The position numbers were made by a program, and so were the translations under genes. The notes beneath the pieces are model-generated. The model saw nothing but the letters and a program-made list of their open reading frames with translations, was not told the DNA's origin and made no database searches. From Candidatus Omnitrophota bacterium (GTDB taxonomy: Bacteria; Omnitrophota; Omnitrophia; Omnitrophales; Aquincolibacteriaceae), in NCBI GenBank assembly GCA_003140935.1, contig PLLJ01000034.1, positions 79,505 to 143,504 of the forward strand: a stretch of 64,000 nucleotides of DNA, read 5' to 3'. Positions within the stretch are counted from its first letter, which is position 1. Every line of letters begins with the position of its first letter. Below are positions 60,901-64,000 of this stretch, piece by piece.

Positions 60901-63900
60901 CTTCGGAACGAACGGAAAAAGGTTGTCGCCCTTCTGTTTCCCGCACCGCTTGCCGCGAACCCTGCGAACCGGCGACGGGTCTTTTTTTCAAAAATAGATA
61001 ACGCCCGAGAAGATCGCCCACCGTCCACAAGGCACTGACAATCGTTCTAAGATCTCGTGGTTCAGACGGCTTTTCATCATTGACCCGCCGATAAGCCCGG
61101 TCATTCCACGCCACTCTTCCATCGAGCGGCACAACGTCCCAACCCGGGAATGGCATTCCATGCCGCGATGAATCATAGTCATAGAGGAGCACCTGCCCGG
61201 TAGGCTTAACCTCACGGCGCAAAAGTTGAACGACGTCCTGATTTGCGGTCCAAAGTCCCTGAGTCGTTGTCGCGCGAGGCATCGCGCCGGTCCAGAAGTA
61301 AAAGATCAGGTCGGCCGTCTTGAGGTGATCCTGCCGCACGGCCGGATCAAAAAAATCCCCCTCAACAAAAACGGCGGGAGCAAGGTCCATCTCGCCCGCA
61401 AGTCTGCTTTGAACGGCGAGGCCAACCTGGATCAGCTTCGGATCATGTTCAAAACCAACAGCTCGAGCACCCATGAGCGCCGCCAGGAGCACAACCCTGC
61501 CATCCCCGCTGCCAAGGTCCACAACCCGCTTGCCCGGACCAATCCCGAGGGATTGCAATCGTGCCCAAATTTCATGCAAAGGCGTCGGCTTGTAGATACC
61601 AGCGCTCGTCGGAGCCACGCCGGAACTCATGCCCACTCTCGCAAGCTCCTCTTCAATGATTTGCTCGACCCTGTCAAGCAGGACGGTGACCTCATCCGCC
61701 AGCAGAGTGCCTCCCCTCGCTTCGGAACGGGCTTCATCGGTTTTTGTGACAGCGGCAGAGGTTTTCATCAACGCGTCCCCACCAGCGATCAAATCTCTTC
61801 GCACGCGGTATATCTTGGGGTTATCAAAATCCCAGATCACGAAATCGCACTGCGCGATCAGCGCGTTGAGCAATTCATTTTTATCTCTTTTGAATTTCTC
61901 TTTTGATAGCGCATCTTCAGGTTCTGGAAGACTGAATATCGGTCCTAAAACAGCCACGGTGACGAGTCCCAGACGCCTGCCATTTTTTAATTCATTCACA
62001 TTGTCATCGAATAAAATCCCGGGGCCTTCTCGCTTGCTCATCTCCGTTCTAAACTCTTTTTCCTTGTCACCGACCGTGCCAATGTAAAATGGGATGCCTT
62101 GCGTGTCCGGAGGCATACTGATTTTTAAGGAACCGCGATTTAAATATCCGAGCGCTTCCGGAGAACTGCTGATAATGGCAATGTGACGCTCTTTTTCCTG
62201 GATCCTGTTCAAAAAATGTCTTGCGCCACGCACGAGGGCCGAAGGATTCGAGTCGATCAAGTCCTGCTCTTTATCGAAATACAGTTTCTGATAACGCGTC
62301 AAAACATCCGGAGTAACTTCCCATCCTCCGGCGCGAACGGCGTCCCGCAGGTCGATCTCTGAAAGAATCCTCTCAGACAAAGCGTTTCCCTTGATTGGCG
62401 GGATGCCGTATTCCGCCATTTGTTGAAGCGCAAATACCAGCGCTTCCCGGTGGGCATTTTCAATATACAAACTGGTATGGTGAAGCGTCTCATCCACGTC
62501 GAAAAGAAAGGTCTGGTATGTGCGAAGCCATTTCTCCAAAGATTCGGCAGGATCTTCGACGAGAAGCGGATGGCCGGCGAGTTCTTTTTTAACCCTTCCA
62601 TTTGAATCTTGCTGGATCGCCCAGAAAAAATCCCGGGGCGATGATTCGGCCGCAACAGGCTCGGCTCGCACCTCGGAGCGCTTGCCCTCCGTATCCCCTT
62701 CCTTTTGTCGATGATTTCTCTCGGGATTGAAACCTGCCATTCCTTGTTTTAATTTTTCTCTGACAGTATTCACTAAGTCAACGGAAACATTCATCGAATG
62801 GGTTATTAATTCATTGGTTTCTCCTCCTAAAATTTTGTCTGCTATTTCACGCTCAGTTCCCTGGTCAAGCGAATTCAGGATATCTGTTAATCGTTTATAA
62901 AATTCACGCCGGTAGGTATACCAATAAGGATCGATCTCGGTTTTGACCAGCCCCCTTTTTCCGTCGACCCATCCAGCTTGCAAAACAGGATTGCCGAAAA
63001 CCGAGAACGATTCGACCGTTTCAAGATCAATCATGATCGGCATTGCCTTCCGCCGGCCTGCCTGATCCTTGGCCCCAGGAACCCAACGCACCATGGGCCC
63101 TATCTGGAAGGCCTTGTAAAAAGTATCTTTCCCTTCCTCCAGACGGACCACGCACTGGACCCACCCATTGACACGGTCCGCCGCGATCACTGTCGCCGTC
63201 CATTTTTCGCCTGGTTTCGGGTAAGACCCCAGAACGGACCAGGTATAGATGTAATTATGGATATAAAAACGGACCGCTCCATAGCCATTCAAAAGTCCTA
63301 CTTTCAAACCCGGCAACCGGGCAACATCCTGAACATTCACTTCGGTTTTGCTGCCGATGGCTTCGATAATCCTTGAGAGCGGCCGGAGAACGGCCCGTTG
63401 GCTCAGCATACGCACTTCCACATTCGGCCGCCCTAAATTGCTTTTCAACATTTTGGATTCCGGCGAGACCTGGAAATAAAATATCTTAGGCTCGGCTCCA
63501 GACTTCTCTAAACTGATGCCGAATTGATACACACCATCCTTGACTCCCCCGTCGATAAGGTAGCCCGTGCGGTCTGCATAAGGCTTAAAGCTCAGGGTAT
63601 AGGCATAGCTTGCATCGCCCGGCACAGGATAGAAGACAAAATCCCCCTTAACAGGCGTTGGTTTGCCAAGCAATATTCTCTTGAAAGACCGTACCTTGTC
63701 GGGATTCTGGACCCAATCATAATCCGAGGGTTTCATCACAATTTCTGAAAGCGTATACAGCCCCGGACGCTCTAAAACCTCAAACACAGTGTCCGGCTCA
63801 CCTGATTTCGCTCCAACCCGCGCTTCCAAGGGACGACGATGGGGACCAACCTGAAACGTTTTTGGGAACGTTTCGCGACCTTGTTTGCGGAATTCGACAT

Positions 63901-64000
63901 GGAACAGGTACGCGCCATCCCGAACACCGGCCTCCAGGATCACCATCTCCCACCCGCTGTCGGCAAATCCAAGCATGAAAGGCAAATATTGAGACGCTCC
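45932..64000 (-). CDS. giant multidomain protein (>6017 aa in window; 5' end beyond window edge)
   Basis: Uninterrupted minus-strand reading frame of 18,054 nt, still open at the window edge (...GASQYLPFMLGF). Contains recognisable HAD, SAM-methyltransferase, protein-kinase-like, NAD-epimerase and receiver-like domains, plus TM segments and tandem repeats. Confidence 0.85.
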   Translation of the reverse strand, partial: GASQYLPFMLGFADSGWEMVILEAGVRDGAYLFHVEFRKQGRETFPKTFQVGPHRRPLEARVGAKSGEPDTVFEVLERPGLYTLSEIVMKPSDYDWVQNPDKVRSFKRILLGKPTPVKGDFVFYPVPGDASYAYTLSFKPYADRTGYLIDGGVKDGVYQFGISLEKSGAEPKIFYFQVSPESKMLKSNLGRPNVEVRMLSQRAVLRPLSRIIEAIGSKTEVNVQDVARLPGLKVGLLNGYGAVRFYIHNYIYTWSVLGSYPKPGEKWTATVIAADRVNGWVQCVVRLEEGKDTFYKAFQIGPMVRWVPGAKDQAGRRKAMPIMIDLETVESFSVFGNPVLQAGWVDGKRGLVKTEIDPYWYTYRREFYKRLTDILNSLDQGTEREIADKILGGETNELITHSMNVSVDLVNTVREKLKQGMAGFNPERNHRQKEGDTEGKRSEVRAEPVAAESSPRDFFWAIQQDSNGRVKKELAGHPLLVEDPAESLEKWLRTYQTFLFDVDETLHHTSLYIENAHREALVFALQQMAEYGIPPIKGNALSERILSEIDLRDAVRAGGWEVTPDVLTRYQKLYFDKEQDLIDSNPSALVRGARHFLNRIQEKERHIAIISSSPEALGYLNRGSLKISMPPDTQGIPFYIGTVGDKEKEFRTEMSKREGPGILFDDNVNELKNGRRLGLVTVAVLGPIFSLPEPEDALSKEKFKRDKNELLNALIAQCDFVIWDFDNPKIYRVRRDLIAGGDALMKTSAAVTKTDEARSEARGGTLLADEVTVLLDRVEQIIEEELARVGMSSGVAPTSAGIYKPTPLHEIWARLQSLGIGPGKRVVDLGSGDGRVVLLAALMGARAVGFEHDPKLIQVGLAVQSRLAGEMDLAPAVFVEGDFFDPAVRQDHLKTADLIFYFWTGAMPRATTTQGLWTANQDVVQLLRREVKPTGQVLLYDYDSSRHGMPFPGWDVVPLDGRVAWNDRAYRRVNDEKPSEPRDLRTIVSALWTVGDLLGRYLFLKKRPVAGSQGSRQAVRETEGRQPFSVRSEVRGGGRVATARLQRIDRGFQEYQDSFDSGETDFFLTEVQPVSVVRFQKIVKWLNVFNIPKSVLNLFLRGALIFILVAISGNPVIAIPGGIIRAALVFLFHSGGDLVSRPPRKIDLEKKKFQKRVLEAMRKRMNEASSLEEKRKLAQTPRFFGGYYFLAEYVLNELEKIPTSTQFFATDDHPSLREQLVDVFGACVDQIIRWKSTGAQHQKDWALLTRLFEFLTDPDQRVVVAAVRWLGQIESKIDDVTRNEIEKKYFEIATSQSSEVSRGAVVRGLRFIRTPKSFERMLEIIESDPSPWVQTYATEVIQFLLESGQYDARAVQYFYGPRLIRVLMKKASGEEGGKSSYIMRRVGSLKALAFLSWYEPNVVNNFRDILLHDTNAAVQEVALWALARAYAEYPQLSEGVDDLLKALLLYMEGKHEGQHNFLLANYARRLLGEFSRDAFNPLLKQKAIAASLERESAPQDGEDTPVILVAMDPLVPTTGPDAQKGAESDKVFDVVKIGQERGWTVLMAPRYRVDRDKAKAQNHFLSGTNLDLPRLVHAVNRLRKLLPIRVPSRDDKRNKADRHSTSPVIPKKGGPIVIFVNARELYEISLQISNLSPQIVLLQDHPELFHQRWRGMTVVKKYDPQDLIDLVEAAASQARQQATKAGTQLAAREIEEQRPSSVRSESREGEGLAAQRSPEERFRRFFGASSDRLLRWLASRASQPISSYEIRSERITDLWVYRRIVEKHTLRMGENTFTWFTKRYEGASLLRKFFLSWIRHEAIVTRHAFRLGLSPRTFMVVDRDNYFLTLISQTGHPLSEPINEVKAAAVGNALGRLHRGGVIHGDVVERINALIPRLEHFYVDQGTVRFIDFGEGKIGITSRNGFWERLRFALARKLEASKLGRALAHQAEDSIKDRVLQAYSRAYKEAYLGHVPAGGHQAESQRSEIREGAALSNPLKGSSPFHIGWNMYRWASYDREVAESLGIRLTTRATGLYYFLIELFGIKPEEAHAKGFDRLFWLWSQYMMVGDDLLDRFGKRLSVDEITEMLAEVDRTHKIDLRLRSRVAEAELRAAPISAVFPSDPRDGIQIIDSFPERFEQALSLTPLHETERQAMRDAFWQNSRVFLHSYLLERRGGLFPPLRDMTNIFTEKDDFRPLMQIATKVFRKFAPGQFRTRESLLHQAALFCQYLDDWMDYFSDYSVQPNMLWALAKERHPEEFQKLSAWVTPRSAASLTAANGALFRLAPKTTREYLLKARLVFRQALLSQKSIPRFMFAYFFFRYLWRTLSGVRIHRHAPDLAPQNGGEKVGHSEVREKQAQSAFTGARLVKLDPLRNRRALITAGIGVSMVMLSILSFLYQHWVLGLMSLVPSAGILFLSMEIFFGLNRLGFYSAYRWVTSEREIPIGLISHLVVLRSFGGPPFAELHLDRNEHLWKRQPGETPEQRKYRSTKMIYQNLLELARALRDEDASLKGIVFIREKFHVLAKSAWRQKYEDMGYDFDPVVVRRLTPFYRRWLDRVFRAPTAIISRENLIKAIPLLEQYVQVLDERLRTISDPGKGADDSTARSEARSEMRVEELGEAALKGLMIFRHGPFKKSQQEYISRLAVKIENEMNWRGPGTWGFHSAEIKKLSLQLATNAMNIVAATDGSLEAIKALFREEGSLFDAALVASLQDMVNEEAAAKKIVDQFDLLAAAFLRDFEDYPEKDKVLRQEYSNVMNMLVLYRRGYNFLRDYLGEEGIRDGILKVAGQPVSPGILSNLAKLVISLDKEWDIVHQSVKVKQQYLTAVFSVAATGSRGFTLLKQAMELWKDEGVTWAGMTDELKKQYLIAVYAVSIRGPKALESMEAVLKLWKQEGVVFSELTPELQKQFFTAVYKVAMTGSAATDAMEEIFKAWKKEGVVWTEMSNVLKQQYMIAVYVVAMRGKPAVKAMLEVLELWRADGVLWRGLSDSSKRQFLVAVYEAAWPGKEGVQAMKEVMGMWAEIGATWRGIQEASLGEGKNRENYEALKNQYLVAVYNVAMKGKTSLKKMKAVLALWKKEGVAWNGLDEVMQKQFLVAVYRVAVGDPEGPEAMGEILEFWRGQGVTWAGLDPKLGQQFMRMVYNIAMRGKDAAAVLPQVTAFLREEGINWETLSMELKNQYLTLVYCAAMRGMAGLVLMKNIMALWKSEGVAWPTLDSEALQSQFLTAVSSVAIRGQESLDTMKDVLALWHEAGVGAFQELQLARRNFLVAVFEVSVQGKDALEAMKGILALWKKEGVVWGNLSNLSRIGYLTAVYNAAIEGEEGRVSTEAALELWRKNGVIWSDLGNEALQRRFMVAVYNTSMFGHSGVAIMEQALQMWRDEGVVWSGLPADQRGLFLITVYFASVSGVGSTAILEHSFRTIKEKFGPGQSLRFMRLISSWIRLGENSEKVDAMLGRIQKAPGDERGQLIEQTRLELGRRVFEKLREYASKKRKSVTTVALDEDVTPAEDPGDIQRSEVREKASRVEKAAAEARNYRRQVGDWESEGGATARGPQAPTINDRSEMRTEERFVDVTDLTLEALQNFRLMTERGSLDAAPVSMGLLTEPVEVPLRLPAPEGVGRRGFLRATGTVGVLGAALWALGGATTLAGQVRKPAVPAKPAPADAASQAMRAMNQIRYAASLEPLQFNDWNGTKGNAIATVLGELNSFIEQWKKMPKQGAAPEKLGEIHRVFFLALAKRINSGTKLPEGYGLDYVRAIARLIHKDLPQFFAAQGLAFNVKGTAVENLTVQTTRGGQVVRSQDYFYPTLAMPDKYFFVLKANARRDLKVPAQVLGDEKTPLVLVQPVQIRIGGGQVQFSPYAEQWREGQNNELGFADGTTAFLRADLIEQALKYDRASLGKIDLGFLAGDFSLRDIIQGVRVGEPTVSQGKKTVKVISYPVTDLSSAAGYAAMKLMTAVTRTLDKGKTVFDFGLWQLARYLETAKHEITHVNDSHGNLWRTIWQMSQPASDHRVAQEDTNQAEVLIEQNARLEALRKVPAVSLVGLLATVQTGGRPVTNSDKAQAGILDAVTRELNRDPARYGIVIDAGLKLGRAIQITAQFYRIVEKPDRVEALYAAVRKALAIDARAQALASKYASLDPSASSSGRSEMREEELSVGQGERLPQDIYSVEMPVREFMTALKLEETRIVRRFREASSGLYATEVEIAHLDGRPLAVKGPHVLRELFDFDRQRLHGKSARFYVLYDDENLPLAIFPKEGQAPADVREHYNEMEFLTYSFLDLTDYRTPYDLLRTFGHPGDRAKWKEHALSLGVLKEKVAAFKNYYEQVLLKNAGEFPMTGDVSVGQHPFIYSEFDAREKKIKSVSFGPEFFLSDHPDRHSSLSDFNYDTGEDVQARERIFLDSGNPRAVFIRFWSVFNYMSSSYADGPFRRHVYDTVRETVPAMHAGDVIGDLGTGPGVMTWLAWIAAGDRRDEFEYAAADINPLAAANAETNLKYILKVPHVSVTVHDNLVSPEKTRAFPKPLRVLIINAPAYGYKDPGEPTGNVTLFDFHDGGKPGYQFWDGLIDGLPLSMDRERSMMLAWNFTGDGAAQDDPLFGRFENIPGVSSVRWGRSLPGETTAHHTYIAQFGRPESPRSEARTGSSISEVDKGMLKEKQVVLTGAGGNIGSVLFDELLGKAKHVTPLLLPAEIEPYAGYGFENAHKATIKTTELPDPKIQKEMVAQNDVIFHLAMWGAAIGAEKLSDPLILPEFLYKNVLPTAIFVRAAENAPHKPRIVFASTMRVYDLMDLKEQLSLEESGLKLDPELEAWIAMAVEFFTSISDLTDKAQALERVQGFLREHAPSERYTKNPDALAKIVSERIIDRYSNGISLRLGNVYGPAYDPQKTSLNRRLVHRYFFQVLHGEKEIRFDRVPKNLIYVDDVAHAFIAAATADLGPLGGQRVINVGASTRHTGEEVARTIVRVAGAKIALVPETDSKEKPRLLMDTQRMKSVLGLDPAGFVTLEEGVRRTWTWMNQHPDVFTDTWSNRFFRSEAREDRRPLEKPIKTILVVDDRESALEALELLLNLDGFKVTAVSSGEAALQALNQGVPDAILTKVPMSGMTGPEWILEAVKMPGLERVPIVFMGDEVGDKILGELKEQHPVHLLKKPVRGDFLRPIFKNPEMYFLHWPRRSEMRGDHQAPFSFDEITDVYLDLDGVVLDTIGLNRKHAAYIYSMIFNQIADPSGFKPDPEALREGTAFYDQRLGESTEKNLKTLFNERKDLVFPGINDPAGYFLKLYETRRDEDLRSILQLPEQEVRQRLLMPGVMEFFEAAKDQGKRVRIISTSKKEFRLPIIQKTGLLKYFEDPEKDLVFVNTLDEKISVLAKALGDLPPEAKAIFVDDSSKAIDRAVRIKPEVRRQFWLVGMPATAKEAARSREIADHIVTSLSDLVKTPARSDIRDKVSREGKRSEVRTEENARDLEVLQGRLLEKNAALLNAIGMLDLKAIRARMTGTWKPPFFYSNFNLLFKELTALEKNMKKNRYADPERIRSAKEIADRIFAGFDSRPAYKGSVTDRKVLTPLRNRLNVWAGEAVAFQEIYNGWETSLYRYDPLRGKHDNQAIRGYIQKTTEVWTLAVRRLLDEIPAGYTGFRGIVETFPDLILEWSREPWNPPAAREKRPEYIEGYLKGWHKTERLESGELVDRIQAGSRDAIGPRHRRELFHLEEGLAFMIQAAKGLQFHQEEFVFEKAESVPSRSELRGPTAVARDQLAASNKAFSLDVPEFPRDAVVDAADSVDTIFSVSGIAFYLPKQVSVTVEGRQVILSGLEAAQGWVVGQMTQKVLMQAAASGISNERLAKVLETFQKAVPAGAALPSGTSLEGPRVHVHLTGLTENDRSELITHFTVVLGALVSLRGRLLMNIDTDDKTTQDISEKIRGLAKQEGITLAPDQLKIVSSRQEDPFLLKGTQKVDALVARNNGSFDQVAYRKGIGSRWVTEDAGDMKTLAAALTTVLYAALDKQWETDRFNIHKPSEYDHGTLLEAVLQAIQGYLQIRTAA
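47710..48520 (-). other. giant protein: HAD-superfamily hydrolase domain 2
   Basis: Motif I YLDLDGVVLDT, downstream RIISTSKK, and motif IV-like AIFVDDSSKAID. Confidence 0.55.
48540..48940 (-). other. giant protein: receiver (REC)-like domain with Lys in place of the phospho-acceptor Asp
   Basis: KTILVVDDRESALEALELLLNLDGFKVTAVSSGEAALQAL..PDAILTKVPMSGMTG aligns to the CheY-like ..PDLVLLDxMMPGMDG with D replaced by K. Confidence 0.45.
48960..50130 (-). other. giant protein: NAD-dependent epimerase/dehydratase (extended SDR) domain
   Basis: KQVVLTGAGGNIGSVLFDELL (Rossmann GxGGxxG) and a downstream Y...K region (YTKNPDALAK), about 390 aa. Confidence 0.5.
50150..50800 (-). other. giant protein: SAM-methyltransferase-like domain 2
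   Basis: AGDVIGDLGTGPGVMTWLAWIAAGD...AAADINP...LRVLIINAPAYG. Confidence 0.45.
53110..53195 (-). other. giant protein: internal twin-arginine (Tat)-like signal/TM segment
   Basis: GVGRRGFLRATGTVGVLGAALWALGGATTLAGQ: an RRxFLR motif, then a hydrophobic h-region, then an A-x-A-like site. Confidence 0.4.
53800..55610 (-). repeat. giant protein: about 14 tandem 43-aa repeats (k.QyL.AVY.VA..G......m...L.LWK.EGV.W..L...l)
   Basis: For example KKQYLIAVYAVSIRGPKALESMEAVLKLWKQEGVVFSELTPEL and QKQFFTAVYKVAMTGSAATDAMEEIFKAWKKEGVVWTEMSNVL. Conserved at protein level; divergent at DNA level. Confidence 0.7.
56700..56990 (-). other. giant protein: transmembrane hairpin (2-3 predicted TM helices)
   Basis: ITAGIGVSMVMLSILSFLYQHWVLGLMSLVPSAGILFLSMEIFFGL, then IPIGLISHLVVL. 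Confidence 0.5.
58110..58880 (-). other. giant protein: protein-kinase-like domain of the Kdo/WaaP/RIO type
   Basis: GRLHRGGVIHGDVVERINALI (catalytic loop HGD...N) and TVRFIDFGEG (DFG-equivalent). Confidence 0.5.
59650..60250 (-). other. giant protein: HEAT/PBS-lyase-like helical repeats
   Basis: VVAAVRWLGQIES..., PWVQTYATEVIQFL and HDTNAAVQEVALWALARAY are typical short HEAT-like repeat signatures. Confidence 0.4.
60915..61712 (-). other. giant protein: class I SAM-dependent methyltransferase domain 1
   Basis: GKRVVDLGSGDGRVVLLAALMGARAVGFEHD (motif I with acidic post-I residue), VEGDFFD, ADLIFYFW. Confidence 0.55.
61735..62665 (-). other. giant protein: HAD-superfamily hydrolase domain 1
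   Basis: Motif I FLFDVDETL (DxDxT) at the domain N-terminus. Downstream are ISSS (motif II-like) and GILFDDNVNE (motif IV-like). Confidence 0.55.
62690..64000 (-). other. giant protein: repeated small modules (G..DG.Y.F.v...k.G.e..pK.FQVgP), unknown fold
   Basis: AGVRDGAYLFHVEFRKQGRETFPKTFQVGP, GGVKDGVYQFGISLEKSGAEPKIFYFQVSP and VVRLEEGKDTFYKAFQIGP recur in the N-terminal about 430 aa seen in the window. Confidence 0.4.

Noticed and set aside
45932-64000. Possibility that the giant ORF is really several adjacent genes (internal Met codons after the RSEMR linkers, internal Tat-like signal)
   Set aside because: There is no in-frame stop codon anywhere in 18 kb, so ribosomes would not terminate between the putative units. 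I also see no convincing Shine-Dalgarno sequences ahead of the internal Met codons. It is kept as a single CDS, with processing raised only as a hypothesis.

Overview
This 64 kb window is a bacterial chromosomal segment of about 55-58 % GC in which every gene I can support lies on the minus strand. From low to high coordinate it carries the following.

- The 5' part of lpd, cut by the window edge.
- prmA, two NodB-type deacetylases, maf and a small TIGR04073-like secreted protein.
- tRNA-Pro(TGG).
- The rod-shape cluster rodA-mrdA-mreD-mreC-mreB, then aroA.
- Two coiled-coil membrane proteins, a SWIB-domain protein and nrdR.
- A glyA-rpiB-tsaC/LMW-PTP block that is syntenic with the B. subtilis ywl operon.
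- A complete colinear purine operon, purB-C-S-Q-L-F-M-D-E, followed by tRNA-Glu(CTC).
- A xerD-like recombinase, then a small lower-GC patch holding a secreted DUF1016_N/SNase nuclease fusion and a strongly AT-rich HEPN-like gene.
- ligA, a metallophosphoesterase, acylphosphatase, a TrmH-family methyltransferase, an SDR, a Cys-rich small protein, and tRNA-Pro(CGG) with a partial tandem duplicate.
- A truncated dcw cluster, mraZ-STAS-rsmH-ftsL-ftsI, with an intact MraZ operator and promoter.
- mnmA, a deacetylase, a GT4 glycosyltransferase, mscL, a lipoprotein and tRNA-Glu(TTC).
- The 3' 18 kb of a giant ORF of more than 6017 codons that runs off the window edge.

The giant ORF is the most striking object in the window. 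It is a string of unrelated enzyme-like domains: HAD hydrolases, two SAM methyltransferases, a Kdo/WaaP-like kinase, an NAD-epimerase, a pseudo-receiver and HEAT-like repeats. These are joined by a recurrent R-S-E-[V/M/A/I/L]-R linker pentapeptide that occurs 16 or more times. It also contains a block of 14 tandem 43-aa repeats, a transmembrane hairpin and an internal Tat-like signal.

A family of REP/MITE-like hairpin elements is also present, with five copies whose hairpins are maintained by compensatory changes. Lineage is inferred only: the SWIB protein, the exosortase-associated small protein and the giant gene are compatible with a PVC/Omnitrophota-like organism.
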